From Sphaerodactylus townsendi (Eukaryota): a DNA stretch of 64,000 nucleotides. This document shows, in pieces, positions 24,945 through 38,180 of the stretch (position 1 is its first letter; every line of letters starts with the position of its first letter). The translations under genes and the position numbers were made by a program. Under the pieces are notes generated by a model, which did no database searches, was not told where the DNA came from, and was given only the letters and a program-made list of their open reading frames with translations. The stretch lies in contig NC_059438.1 in NCBI RefSeq assembly GCF_021028975.2, forward strand, positions 3,658,001-3,722,000, in the 5' to 3' direction.

Positions 24945-25039
24945 GATTGGGGGCAGGGCTATATAGGCACGAGGATCCAGGCAGATCATTCTAAAATAAA
25001 GAAGGTCCGGCATGTTGAGTTCTGTGGTGGAGAAACATA

Positions 25040-25495
25040 GGCCGTTTCTGCACGGCGTCTGCACAGCTCACAAACGGTCCCAGAAACAGCCGGGCAGATG
25101 GCGCCGCGGAGCACCATCGCCCAGCCGGCCCAGCATGTCCCTGGCCCTCTGGCACGTCGCCGAGGCCTGGAGACATGCCCCCTCAGCCCTGTGCGCCTGC
25201 TTCAGTGTCGCAGGGCAGGGGGGGCGTGTCCCCAGGCCTCGATGATGTGCCAGAGGGCCGGAGACAAGGTAAGTGAAGGGTAGGAGTGGGGGGAGGGCGC
25301 TTGGAGCCGCTGCCGTTTTCTTTTCTTTTTTTTCCATTGTCATTATTATTATTATTTCCAAAAACGGAAAACGGCGGCTTCATGCCGGTCAGGCGGCGCG
25401 GCTGCGCAGCAGCTGCGCCCCCTGTGTGAATGGCTCCCTGGGGAGGCGTTTTTGCCATCCCCAGGCCGCCATAAAACGCCCGTGCGGAAAGGATC
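25040..25495 (+). mobile_element. GC-rich Harbinger-type MITE
   Basis: TIRs GGCCGTTTCTGCAC / GTGCGGAAAGGATC. 3-bp TSD ATA. Confidence 0.85.
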
Positions 25496-25679
25496 ATACA
25501 GCCCAACTAACATATTTTTCTGAGACAGGCTACAGCAATTCCCAAGCTGGATGTGGTCTCCTCCCCTGCTTTCTGTCACTCCCTCAGCCAAATATAATTT
25601 AACCTTCTACCTTTTAAACTACTACTCTTATACACAGTTTATTGCTTCAGTAAGAATTTGTAAGTGTAGACAACTGTGG

Positions 25680-25787
25680 ATGACAATGGCAAGTCATGTA
25701 GTCTGCCTAGTAAATGTTGTGATATGACATCAGTCCATGGTTCAGTAATGACCTGGTGCTTGCACCAGGGGCTAACTTTACCTTTCA
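25680..25787 (+). mobile_element. Sauria-type SINE 3' fragment
   Basis: GGTGCTTGCACCAGGGG followed by an (ACCTTT)-like tail ACTTTACCTTT. Confidence 0.6.
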
Positions 25788-27317
25788 AGAATCAGGACCA
25801 GATATTTGTCTTCTCTCACTGAGTTATGATAAAGATAAGTTATGATGTGCTGAACTCCACAGAACCAAGAAGTAATACAAATGATGTACGCAAATATAGA
25901 AAGCTAAAAAAAATAGGATGAAGGACAGATATGAACTAAAATCAACTAACAGTTCCAGAAAACTGGTGACTCTTCCAGTCAGCAGACCCCTTCCTGTTTT
26001 CTTTCCTACCTTTGGCTTTTCCGTCAGTTTCTCCATTTCTCAGCATGTTTAACCAACAACTTCCTTTCAAATCAATAGACCTTATCATCCCCCAAATCTC
26101 ACATATACTTTGAATAATGACTGGAAGCTGTGGTAGGGGAAACTAAGTTTCAGCTGGGTTTTGAGGGGGAAAGTACTTTATGTTAGAAAGCAACATAAGG
26201 CCATAAACCAAAAGACAAATTATGACTGTCAGCTACATTTTTCAGGTTATAATGACATTTGGGCCCTATATACTGCAACAAAGGCTTAGCTTTTCAACAT
26301 GCTTAAAGCCATAAAAATGAGATTATTGTTGTTCCGTGCCATTATATTGCATGCAGAACTTGAATTAGTGCTCCTTTAGTGGTAATAAAAACAAATTGTA
26401 AATCCAATTGGTTTTGGTAATATGAATTTTGCCTGTAAAGCACTTTTTATTCCATTAAAGCATTTACTAAGACAAACAAAAGGAAGACACTCTTTCAGAG
26501 TGACTACATGGGTCTTGGAAGGTCTTGTATGACGTTAATTTCTGTCACTCCATATTCCAGGGGAAATGCTGGCCAGAGGAAGATCAGTCATGAAATCTGT
26601 CCGCTGTGAGTGGATTTACACAAATCTCCCAATTTTAAGGGCATGTTTTCTCTCTATTCTAAATAATCAGGTGGAGATTCACACCTGTGCTTTCAGACAA
26701 CAGTGGCTTCATCAGTAAAGTATGTTTTTTTCCATATTAGTCTCTCTGCCAAAGTAGCACAAAGTCAATGACTTGTGTTGACTTTTGCTGCATCTGAACC
26801 TAGAGAGATGAAGAACTTTACTACTGGAATAAAGTACTAGACATGGAGGGTACATCCATCTCAGCCCTCCCAAATAGCACCGGCATACTTCAGTGGTAAA
26901 ATATTTCACATATGTCTACAGTACTAACTCAGTTTACTCCCCATTGTATTGGCAGTGCGGAAGCTACACTTTACTGCCGAAGTAAATTACTGTTTCAGAG
27001 GCCAGTGAAAAGTTTCCATGTAAACCTTAGGCAACAACTTGTGGCATCACGGGGCTAGAGCCATGCATCCCCTCTTATTGCATTACAAATCTTCCACTGA
27101 AGAATGATTCCTTCTATTGGGGTAAGGAGTCTTTCCTCCAACAGAAGATTCAGCACTTAGCCATAGAACCAAAGACATTATGTTTGAATCAGTGCATCCT
27201 CTCAACATTCGTTATGAAGCCTGAGTGGTCACTGGGGCTTGAGTGATGGCTCGGGCACCAGCTAGAGAATTTTCAGAAGCTTTGATTAAGAGAAGAGCAA
27301 TGAAAATCCCATGCCTG

Positions 27318-27854
27318 TGTAACCCCTATGATCAGAATGGGTTGACCCAGAAAGGGGTGGAGACTCTAAGCCGGAGAAGGCTGCAAAAAACTGGTGAAGT
27401 TGGAGGAAGCAAGGCTACCAGGCTGGGACCTTGATTTAATCCGTTATAAGCTCTTAACACCTTGTTTAAGGTAATTGCAAAGTTGTTGGGAACTAGTGGG
27501 AAGGGAGTTGGTTATTTTTGCTATAATTGTAAATGTTAGAATTTATTGTTTCAGGGCTTGCTATGTATGTAATTGATGGGAGTTCGTTTGGGGACCTTCA
27601 TCATCTTGGATCCCATTCACCAAGCCTCTGAAGTCTTCATAAGCCAACCACCAGCAGGAAGAATTGGACTTTGCATTTATCAGTAGTTTGTCAAGATAAG
27701 GACTTGAAATGCAACTTAGAAGGACTGTAAATTGTTAATGTTAAATGTAAATGTTAAAAGTTTTATTTGTTAAGTAAACCATTTTGTTTTAAAATTTAGT
27801 TCTTTGCAACTCCTTCCAAGTTCTGCCCCACAGAACCCACAGTTAGAGGTTACA
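27318..27854 (+). mobile_element. Solo LTR (537 bp; ERV1-like or Gypsy)
   Basis: TGTAACC...GGTTACA termini (9/10 inverted match). 4-bp TSD CCTG at 27314-27317 and 27855-27858. AGTAAA poly(A)-like signal at ~27773. Confidence 0.85.
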
Positions 27855-28438
27855 CCTGCTCCCATTTATATGTGGCTTGCCAGCCACAACTATCTGCCTC
27901 CTTGCTCAACAGTAGATCTCATGCATAGGCGATTGATTGCACAAAGGCCTATATCGCCTGGCACGTAAGTCTGCCAGTTACCTCAATTTTTAAAGAGTCC
28001 TGTCCCTTTAATAGAAATTTAATGGGATGTTATTTACCAGGTGCTTTTATTTACCGCCATACCAAGGAAAGTTTCAGCTGCCCATTTGTGTGTCTGTCAA
28101 TCCACGTCTCCAACTTATGTACAGCTTTGGCAGACATTTTTGGTTCTTTGTCAGGGGTTTTCCCCCTTAAGTGCTGCCTCAGCTGAGAGAGAAATGGGCA
28201 ACTCAGCTTCTGTTTTAGGAGGGGAAAGAGTGAAAGTAACGAGCAAGAGCTCAACAGACTTTTTTTTCTTTAATAGTGGAAATGGTGAAGTTTATTTGCA
28301 GAGACCTTAGTTTGTTGCACTCAAAATTGGAGGATTTACTTACAATGACATTCTACTTCTGCAAAAACAAAATACATTCTGCCATTGCTGCTAAGTCCTC
28401 ATCAGTCTCACAGGCTGCTCTGCCCAGGAGGCAGCAGT

Positions 28439-28540
28439 CAGTGGTGGGATTCAAATAAGTTAACAACTGGTTGTATGCAAGCACCATTTTAACAACTGGT
28501 TCTGCCGAAGTGGTGCGAACCTGCTTGAATCCCACCACTG
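28439..28540 (-). mobile_element. 102-bp hAT MITE
   Basis: TIR CAGTGGTGGGATTCAA / TTGAATCCCACCACTG. 8-bp TSD GCAGCAGT on both sides. Confidence 0.92.
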
Positions 28541-28574
28541 GCAGCAGTCTTAAAGCTAAGCATGTGTATGTGTA

Positions 28575-28960
28575 AGTGTATGTGAACTGCTGTCAAGTCA
28601 CAGCCAACTTACAGCAACCCCAGGAAGCAAAAGACTTCTAAGGTAAGTGATTAAGCAGAAGTGGTTTGCCATTATCTTCCTCTGCAGATTCTTCCTCATG
28701 GTGACTTCTGCTTAACTTCTGAGATCTATACCATGCTGCTTTCACTCCCTCAGTTGTCCATGAGTATGTAAAGTGCTGTCATGTTACAGCTGGCTTATAG
28801 AACCCTTGGTGGGGTTTTCAAGGCAAGAGATGAACAGAGGGGATTTGTGTAGCTACCCTGGACTTCCTTGGAGGTCTCCCCTCCAAATACTAACCAGAAC
28901 TGACTCTGCTTAGCTTTCATCATCCGATGAGATCAGGTTAGCCTGGGCCATCCAGATCGG
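28575..28960 (-). mobile_element. Two adjacent 5S-rRNA-derived SINEs (5S-Sauria-RTE-like)
   Basis: Minus strand CCTGATCTCATCGGA..GAAAGCTAAGCAGAGTCAG..TGGTTAGTATTTGGAGGGGAGACC resembles the 5S rRNA internal control region, followed by a non-5S body. Confidence 0.7.
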
Positions 28961-29423
28961 AGCTAATTGTGCACGTCCACATATTAAATATCTATAAAAG
29001 GGACAAAACATATTCTGACATTTTTCAACCTACCAGGCTACTTCTACCCACCCCATTCAGCTTTCCCTGTTTTTTCTTTCTCCCTTCTGCGATGCACTCC
29101 TGCATCTTGAAGATTTCTCAGAGCCCCTTACTTTCTGTTGAGCTTCCTTTAAATGGTTAAACCAATACAGAGTATTATAACAGTCTGGCAACTCTCCCAT
29201 GAACACAGAATGTCTGAGAGAACCTGTGCATGAAATGCCTCTGCATGAGGGAAGCCACAACAATTCTCATCCTAAGGAAAGGTTGCAGCACCTATCAAAT
29301 CATGGTGACCATTTTATACCCTCCCACATCGAAGTTCTGCTTTTCACAACCAGCATTTCCACAAAACACTGTTTGGTTGTTAGTCCAGCAATGGCTTTTC
29401 TGTATGTCCAGCGCTAGGCCCAT

Positions 29424-29563
29424 GGCCCCTTCCCCACGTGCAGAATAACGCACTTTCAATGCACTTTGCAGCTGGATTTTACTGTGCAAAATAGCAAAAT
29501 CCACTTGCAAACAATTGTGAAAGTGGATGGAAAGTGCATTATTCTGCATGTGCGGAAGTGGCC
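29424..29563. mobile_element. 140-bp Harbinger-type MITE, related subfamily
   Basis: GGCCCCTTCCCCAC / GTGCGGAAGTGGCC ends. TSD CAT/CGT (1 mismatch). Confidence 0.82.
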
Positions 29564-30433
29564 CGTGATATGTGTATAATACAAACTGACTTTGGAAGTT
29601 TCTCTTATATTATTACATATTTCCCTTTGGAAACTGATTGTGCTGTCTCAAATGTTAACTACTTTTCCTCAGAATTAAATAATGTATGTTCCTATTATTA
29701 AATTCCATATGTGTAATGCTGGTGCTTTGGGACGTACTCTGCCAGAGATATAAGAAATTATATGCAAGAAATTACCCTGTGTGCAGTTATGATTCACTTA
29801 AATTAAAGAACCTACTATTACAGGGTTCGTGTGTGTATATATATGTGTGTGTGTGTGTGTGTATGTGTATATATTTCTTAATAATCTCCTGGAAAACTCT
29901 GAGCAGTGTTGTTCAGATAAATTATTTAGTAGTAGTAAGTGTAGTCAGAATGGTGGAAACCAAAAATCCACAATTATAGCTGGAGTATATTATTCATCGA
30001 CCCCAATTCTAAACATAGGGCAATCCAGAGATTAAACATACATTTAACTCAATACCTCATTCACAAATAATAGCCATATGAAGTTACTGAGTGTAACTAT
30101 TGAGCCAGTAACTGTGGGTAGCATACTCTGCCTGGCAGCTCCTCTCCATAATCTAAACAAGTGTCTTCTAAGGGTGTGCCTTCAGGTATACATGAGCCAA
30201 ATTAAACCTAAAATTAGCTTGGCTGCCTCTGTATCATGTTCATAGTATTCCTTGGAGGTTTCTCATCCAAATACTTCCGAGGTTGAAGCCGAGAGTGTGC
30301 GATTGGCCCAAGGTCATTCCCCCCACCCCAATTTCCCATGGCAGAGTGAGGATTCAATCCTAGTCCAACATCTTAGCCATTAAACCATGCTGGCTCTCCA
30401 AAACGCACATAGAACAAGTAAATCTCACTGCCA

Positions 30434-30438
<5 letters not shown>

Positions 30439-30464
<26 letters not shown>
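30439..30464. repeat. (GA)n microsatellite
   Basis: Directly visible in the sequence. Confidence 0.9.
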
Positions 30465-32638
30465 AAGATGAAGCACAGAAGGAACTGCTAGAGAACAATA
30501 ATTACCATAGGAATAGAAGATGGGCATGTTTTATTAAAGCATTGCTCTTTCTGTAGATTGCAGAAATGAATATTAGAGCACAGATTTCCTTTCCAGCCCA
30601 TTTCTCATGTCTCCTGTAAGATTAAGCTTCACTCAGAGAGCACTAATGGGAACAATATTTGTTTTAATCTTGGGTAATGTGTTCCCTTGAGGGGTAGACT
30701 GTGTCAGAGCAGTTTTATTGACTTCTTCTTACTGTATCAGAAACCAAGTAACAATATTGTCTGCAACGCACTCCTGATCTTGAGGTGGGGGTAGGGGGAG
30801 AATCTTCACTGCTGTTACATGTGAAGACAAAACTGAGGGTTATGATGGCAATGCATTCATTGTTCCTCTTTCAGCAGCTCCATTACTCAATAAATAATTT
30901 TATTTATTTATTTTACTTCGTTTATACCCTGCCTGTCTCCCCAGTGGGGATCCAAAGCGGCTTACATCAATCTCCTCTTCCCTATGTGATCCTCACAACA
31001 ACCCTGTGAGGTAGGTTAGGCTGGGAATATGCAGTTGGCCCAAGGTCACCAAGTGAACTTCCACAGCAGGGTGGGAATATGAGCCTGGATCTTCCAAATC
31101 CAAACTTCTAACCACTGGATTTTGTGTAGTGGTTGCTGCCAGGCATAGCTTCAATAAGGCCTCCCTCAATGGCCAAAATAGGCCTGGAAAGGACTCTGCC
31201 TCCTTCCCCTGCCTTTTATTGATAAAAATAAAAATAAACCTTGAATATTGTTCTGCATAGCAACCACCACAGAGCCACTGCAGATGGCATTCATTTCTTA
31301 AAGCTACAGGCAGTGCATCTGCAATTTTGGACGTTTTTAACCTACGTGATGTTATTTTATGATTATTATTAGGCTTCTAACAACCTGGATCTTTTCTCAG
31401 TTTCCAGAAGGAACTGTCTGATCTATTCATGACCTTAGTATCTGGATTTAGATATCTACTGTGGTGACCTATGTTCTCTACCTCATCTTTGTTTACTCTC
31501 CTTTGTCACTAGTTTCATTTTGCTATTTTTTATACAAATTTATTTGCACTGTATGATCATGTCATGTGATTTACATAGCATATAGTATTTATATATGCAA
31601 TATGTGTGTGAATAATGTGTACATGAATAAGATAGCCATATGTGTAATATGCATATAATGGTTTATTTATGTACAAATAGTAATTTTGAAAAATGCATAT
31701 TTTGTAAAGGAAAAAGTTCAACGCAAACAACAGAAAATGATTTAAAAGTGATGGGTTTTTCACTTCAGCTCATTCAATTCCCTTCCCTACTATAGCCTCA
31801 ACTCCATATAGCTTTGGCCCATGCAGATCCCACGATCCCCAACCACTTTTTTGTGGCCAGCTTCCTATCTTTCTCATCAGCAGAAAAGTTGGTAAAACCA
31901 GCCTAAAGATTCATAGTTTCAGTTAATTTAATAAAGAAGTGAAATTGAAATTGGGACTTCAGGACTGAAACATCTGGGATGAGGAATTTAAGATCACCCA
32001 ATTATATGTGCTAGTAATTTGTCTCAATTCCCCTTCAGTTTAGGATGTTCCAGCGGTATCCTTTTTATTATTGAACCCTGAATAAATAATACCAGCCTGC
32101 TAAATCTCTAAAAAATAATATGGATCACACCCTTCTTGTTACAGTAATTAATAAATCTATACTGAATTCATTCCAATCCATCTTATTTAAGCAGAAGACT
32201 GCAGGAACAAATTGGGTGGCTAGAAATTTCAACAATAGCAGAGAATATATTGCAGTCCATTAATGTACACAATAATGAAACAATCTTCATTTTACGCTCC
32301 TGACAATTTGGTGGCTTGTCCATTTTTATATTCAGTCAATTTATCAAGAGTAATAAATGATGCTTTGCATAAGAATAAAGAGAAGGATAAATGGTACCTC
32401 CTGCTAATTGAAAATGGGCTTTAGTTTGGCATTCAACTTTCTTGCATTTCTTCTACTTTGGTTTTCAACCAACTATTTTCACCCGGAACAAAAGACCTGT
32501 CTAGGATGAACAGATTGGGGTTATCAGAACAGTGCAAAATTCCAGAAGCAGTAGTGTCAAGGTTGATTGAATGACAACATTGGAGTTGTACAATGGAGGC
32601 ATAGAAGCAGAGTATACCCATTAGCTAACATTACACAC

Positions 32639-33036
32639 AAGAACACAAGAAATAGCCTTCTGGATCAGACCGGAGTCCATCTAGTCCAGCATTCTGCTAC
32701 TCGCAATGGCCCACCAGGTGCCTTTGGGAGCTCACATGCAGGATGTGAAAGCAATGGCCTTCTGCTGCTGCTGCTCCTGAGCACCTGGTCTGCTAAGGCA
32801 TTTGCAATCTGAGATCAAGGAGGATCAAGATTGGTAGCCATAGATTGACTTCTCCTCCATAAATCTGTCCAAGCCCTTTTTAAAGCTATCCAAGTTAGTG
32901 GCCATCACCACCTCCTGTGGCAGCATATTCCAAACACCAATCACACGTTGCGTGAAGAAGTGTTTCCTTTTATTAGTCCTCATTCTTCCCCCCAGCATTT
33001 TCAATGAATGCCCCCTGGTTCTAGTATTGTGAGAAA
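32639..33036 (-). mobile_element. CR1 LINE 3' fragment
   Basis: Minus strand encodes RKHFFTQRVIGVWNMLPQEVVMATNLDSFKKGLDRFMEE, followed by 3' UTR GCTGGACTAGATGGAC..GGTCTGATCCAG. Confidence 0.9.
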
Positions 33037-33647
33037 ATACTAGATCCTCACAAAAAGAGATCTCAAATACTCAGGTGTGGACTTTCAGCCAATTTGCTCT
33101 AAAGGTGCTGATTTTAACACAGGAAATGGAAAGAGGGTCTTAACTTACAGACTGACCGATATAGAGGAGACAGTCCTTCAAGTAACTTAGGTGCAAGGTC
33201 GTAAGTCATTGTGAGCATATCCCCTCTCCACCATGTCTCCTCCGCATCCTTGCTGGGAAGGCCAGCACCCTAGCAAACTACTTATGGAGCAAAGAAGCAC
33301 ACAGAGATCAGCTGTTTCCAGCAGAAAGACTTTAACTGCAAGCAGTTTACAACACTGGTGAATTCCACACAGTATAAATATAACATTTGTAGGACATTAT
33401 ATAAAAAGATCCATCTTGCCATTTTGTGTTTCCACAGTGTGGGAGTATACAAGCATTGCCAGCCATAACAGATCTTTTCTCCTGCCTGCTGCACAGAGCT
33501 CTTGTCAATTTCACAGTGGCACCTGCTATTTTGTATGCTGCACTCAACTACGTAGTAGCTAGAAGCTCTTAAAAAGCTAACAAAAATGCTCTGCGGCTAG
33601 CCTGCACAAGCCAGTCCCATGTGTGCCTGCGCAGAGGACCACTAGAT

Positions 33648-34168
33648 CAGGGGTCTGCAACCTACGGCTCTGGAGCTGCATGAGACTCTTTCAGCCTTAT
33701 ACTGCGGCTCCACGTGGCCTGGAGGTCGGAGGGTAGCGTGGGCATGTCCCTCCAGCCCTCCAGAGCAGTGCTGGAAGGAAAAGTGAGTGGAGGAGCCTAA
33801 CCGGAGGTGGCTCCATGTGTGAGGGCACGGCTTTTTGCATCCCCTTCACTCCCCTCTCCTTCCAGTGCTGCTCTGGAGGGACATGCCCATGCTGCCCTCC
33901 AACCCCTGAAGGTCGGAGGGTAGTGTGGGCGTGTCCCTCCAGAGCAGCTACCATCCCCCTGCCATGCCCGCAGCCACCATCCCCCCTCTGCCCCACAGAG
34001 CAGGTGGCTGCCTGCTCCGTTGGGCAGAGGGGCTTTCCCTGCCCGGCACCTCCACCTCCCAGCACTGGAAGGAAAGGTGAGTGGAGGGGCTGAATCGGCT
34101 CTCCGGCTCGGTAGATCTTCGGGCCCGTGGAAAACGGGTCCAAATGGCTCTTTGGGTGGTAAAGGCTG
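33648..34168 (+). mobile_element. hAT (Charlie-like) non-autonomous element with shortened right TIR
   Basis: Left TIR CAGGGGTCTGCAACC. 8-bp TSD CACTAGAT at 33640-33647 and 34169-34176. Internal direct and inverted GC-rich repeats. Confidence 0.8.
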
Positions 34169-35644
34169 CACTAGATGAACAACAGTTATAGTAAGCCAGA
34201 CTGTTTTTCCCTGCAGCTTCCTCTGGTTTCTGGCTTCTAGAAAGAATTCCAAAGAACTGTGAGTAGCCCAAGGTCACCCAGCAAGAATGTGTAGGAGTGG
34301 GGAGACAAATCAGGTTCACCAGATAAAAGTCTGCAGCTCGTGTGGAGGAATCACTCTTCCAGAAGAGCTACTCTTCAAAAATGAACTAGAAATAGGATCT
34401 GCTTGGACCCAGTCTGAGTCTTTCAGCTTCTTTTTTTTTTGAAAAAGGGGGGGGAGAAAAGTTTCTTGGTAGAGGGGAAATGACTCAAAGAGTCTACTTC
34501 TCTCACAAAACAATATTCTTCTTTCCATGGACATTGAGGGGTAAAGAAACCAGGATGAAGACATTATTCACAACGCTTTATTTCATTTCCCATCATAACT
34601 TGGTTCCTAGCTGGAAAAGACAGAACTGCTAGCAGTTTACTGCATGAGCAAGTGACTAAGACATACTTTGTCATTCCATGTTATCAGTGGGATGGTGATA
34701 GATCACACATTATCCTTTCGAGTACGGATCCTTAAAGCTGTGAAATGGCCTTTTTGAGACAGGCTGTAGAGGAAACAAATCAAGACAAAGAAGTATAAAC
34801 GAAAAGCATGTCATGGGTGAATGGAGAGAGGAAAGAAAGAGCAGAACAGACTCTGACGCCTTTAGGAAGCAAAGCGATATGGGGGGGAAATGACAGTCTT
34901 TTAGGAAAGTTATTTTAAGAGCTTTCCAGAATTACATTTGCTAAGAAGAAAGAAAACTTTTAAACAGGTGTTCCTACAACCTTTTCTCCCCAAAAGGTAT
35001 TTTAAAACTTCCAGACAAGTAAATACCAACTGTTTCATTGAAAAAATGGCCGTTTGAGGTCCTCTAGAACACTGTGACCCATCCCTTGTACCCAAGATAG
35101 TTTTCTCCCCAAGCTTGGATATATTATATTATCCCACCCATGTTTCTCATTTATTTATTTATAGCCCCCTTTATTCCCCCATTGAGGACCCAGATTGGCC
35201 TTCAAGTTTGCTCTCCCATCCATCCAACCTTCATTTTTCTTCTCTGCAAAGATAAAAAGGACTGCACACAGCAAAAGCAAACTAAGATCATTTGAAAGGC
35301 GTTTAGAAATAATTTCAGTTTTGTTTCTCATGAGCTCTTCCAAGGATAATTCTATCTGAGAAACTGATTCATTCCTTATGCCAAACATCTTTATGCTCTC
35401 TTCCAAAATGATTTGTAGTTACTTTAAATCATTTTTGAATTATCTATATTAATGGTGCCTACATCACAGTTTTGTGCTTACGTGTACACACATTATCATA
35501 TATCATATATTATATACAGGAGTATACATACTGCTTCAATTGTCTGGGGCCTCACTTAAGCATCTTAGAAAGTAAAGTAGAAATCATTGAAATAAATAAT
35601 AAACACACTGAGTATATTTGGAGGCAAGGGGCCATGGCTCAAGA

Positions 35645-36246
35645 GAGCCAGCGAAGTGTCGTTGTTAAGAGCAGGTACATTAATCTGGAAAACCAGGTTT
35701 GATTCCCTGCTCTGCCACTTAAGCTGTGGAGGCACATCTGGTGAACCAGATTAGCTTGTGCACTCCAGCACGTGCCAGCTGGGTGACCTTGGGCTAGTTT
35801 AAGGAAGGGAAAAGAACCTGTTTAGCTCTAGTCCGAATGATACAAATCTATTTAAATGAAAATAATTTAAACATTTATATACTGGAACCACATCTCTTAA
35901 TCAACAACAAAAACATACATATTATAAACAACAACATCAATAAAACAATGAACAATACATACACAGAGGATCCCAAATAAAATAATATCAAGTCTCTGTA
36001 ATGGAGTAAGAGATCCACTAATGGATCCACCTTGGGCTAGTCACAGTTCTTCGAAGCTCTCTCAGCCCCACCAACCTCACAGGATTGGGGGGGGGGAGGG
36101 GAAAGGAGATTGTAAGACCTTTTGAGTCTCCTTGCAGGAGAAAAGGGGGAGAAATCCAGCTCTTCTTCTTCTTCTTCTTCTTCTTCTTCTTCTTCTTCTT
36201 CTTCTTCTTCTTCTTCTTCTTCTTCTTCTTCTTCTTCTTCTTCTTC
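35645..36246 (+). mobile_element. Squam3-like SINE with long (TTC)n tail, interrupted by a 230-bp insertion
   Basis: CORE sequence ACCTTGGGCTAGT is duplicated at 35786-35798 and 36029-36041. (TTC)n at ~36161-36246. Confidence 0.85.
35799..36028. mobile_element. Unclassified AT-rich retroposed insertion with 13-bp TSD
   Basis: Flanked by ACCTTGGGCTAGT direct repeats. T-rich on the minus strand, like a LINE 3' UTR. Confidence 0.65.
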
Positions 36247-37396
36247 ACTCATAGCGAATCTACTTGACTTAAAGAGGGCCCTAGGCTCAGTTCCCTGGCA
36301 TCTCTAGCTGAAAGGGCCAAATAGTAGGCAATCCTCAGCCCTGGAGAGTCCTGGAAAGCTGTTGCCAGTCTGAATAGACAGTACTGACCTTGAATGGCCA
36401 ATGGTCTGATTTAGTATAAGGCAGCTTCATGTGTTCCTCTCACTTTTATCCTCACAACAGTCCCACAAATTAAGCTATACTGCATGAGTGAGTGTTTGAG
36501 GCCAGGTCGTCTTAGTTCTCAAGGTGATGTAAACATGGCAGTTTTGCATGTGACACACTATGTTCCCATACATAAGTGGTATCTATTTTTGTTTTTTAAG
36601 GTACGTGAATTTTCCCACAGTTTTCTTTTCTTTTCTTTTTATTTATTTATTATTTGATTTAATATACCGCCCTATCCCCAAAGGGCTCTGCTTGAATCTT
36701 TGTCTCGCCTATTCTATCACAGTGAAATGGAGAAAGCCACCTATTCTCCTATTCCAGCAGTACTTGGTGGTGCAGATGGATGAGAAGGGTTCGTCTTATA
36801 TGAGTGGAATAATTTATTCCAAATGAACAGAAGTTCCTGCTGTGGGAAAGGAAGGAGAGGTAAAGAAAAATAATGAAGGCAATACATGTTTAAATGCTCC
36901 TTTAACTCATATAATGGGACCTTGAGTTCATTAATATGTGCATTAAATTGGACTAATTGAGTAACTGTCCACCGAATGTAAATATCAGTTGAGAATGTAT
37001 TGCAAACACTCCTGGTGGCTTCAGCAGCAGAATAATGAAAGAATGGGGAAGGATGTTGCCAAAGAAGGAACAATTCATGGCCTGTCAATCAGACTTGGCC
37101 TGCAGGACTGCACAGCTACCTTCTCCCTGCTGTAATTGTTTTAACATTGAAGAATAGCTATATGGGATTGAGTGGGAAAGAATAACACACAGAAAGTTTG
37201 GAGAAATTCGAAAGTGCAGGCACCTGAGCTCACGCACCAGTATGGTGTGGTAGTTAAAGTGCCAAGCTATGATCTGAAAGACAGTGTTCAGATCATGACT
37301 CTGTCATGAGGAGGAGCCATGGCCCACTGGCGGAGCACCTGGTTTGCATACAGAAAGTCCCAGGTTCAATACCAGGGATGTCCACTTACAGAATCA

Positions 37397-37850
37397 GCCT
37401 ACAGCATCCCTGACAAGATTGCCAATCAGGGGGAGCTTATTCCACTGCTGAACTACGCTTAGTGTTAATTTTTTTATTTAAAAAAGTCCTAATGTCCAGC
37501 CAATACCTTTCTGCCTGTAATTTATACCCATTTTTGTGAGTCCTATCCTCTGCTGTTGACAGAAATAGCTCCCTGCCCTTCTCTAAGAGACAGCTTTTCA
37601 GTACTTCAAATGATCAATCATGTCACTCCCACACACACACCTCCTCTTTTCAAGATTAAACATTCCCAAACATTCCCAAGCCCCAAGTTCCTCAGCCTTT
37701 TCTCTTAGGGCTTGGCCTCCAGGGCCCTCATCAATCTCATCGCTCTTTTCTGCACCCACTCCATTCTGGCCCTATCCTTTTTGAAGTGAGGTCTCCAGAA
37801 CTGTACACAGTCCTCCAAGTCTGGATTTAGCAATGTGTTGTACAGCAAGA
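37397..37850 (-). mobile_element. CR1 LINE ORF2 3' fragment, decayed
   Basis: Minus strand gives LEDCVQFWRPHFKKD..EWVQKRAMR.., a CR1 C-terminal motif. Confidence 0.8.
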
Positions 37851-37894
37851 CCATGGCAGCATGCAGTAGCTTGTTAAGAGCAGTGTGGTGTAGA

Positions 37895-38180
37895 GTCAGC
37901 GTGGTTAAGAGCAGGTGGATTGTAATCTGAAGAACCGGATTTGATTCCCCACTCCTCCACCTGAGTAGCAGAGGCTTATCTGGTGAATCAGATGTGTTTC
38001 CGCCCTCCTACATTCCTGCTGGGTGACCTTGGGATAGTCGAAGTCCTTCGGAACTCTCTCAGCCCCACCTACCTCACAAGATGTCTGTTGTGGGGAGAGG
38101 AAGGGAAAGGAGCTTGTAAGCCACCTTGAGTCTCCTTACAGGAGAGAAAGGTGGGATATAAATCCAAACTCTTTGTCTTC
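37895..38180 (+). mobile_element. Squam3-like CORE SINE
   Basis: Close match to 19393-19688. Confidence 0.85.

Noticed and set aside
36018-36307. Poly-Lys/Glu/Phe/Ser ORFs
   Set aside because: Translations of the (TTC)n SINE tail.
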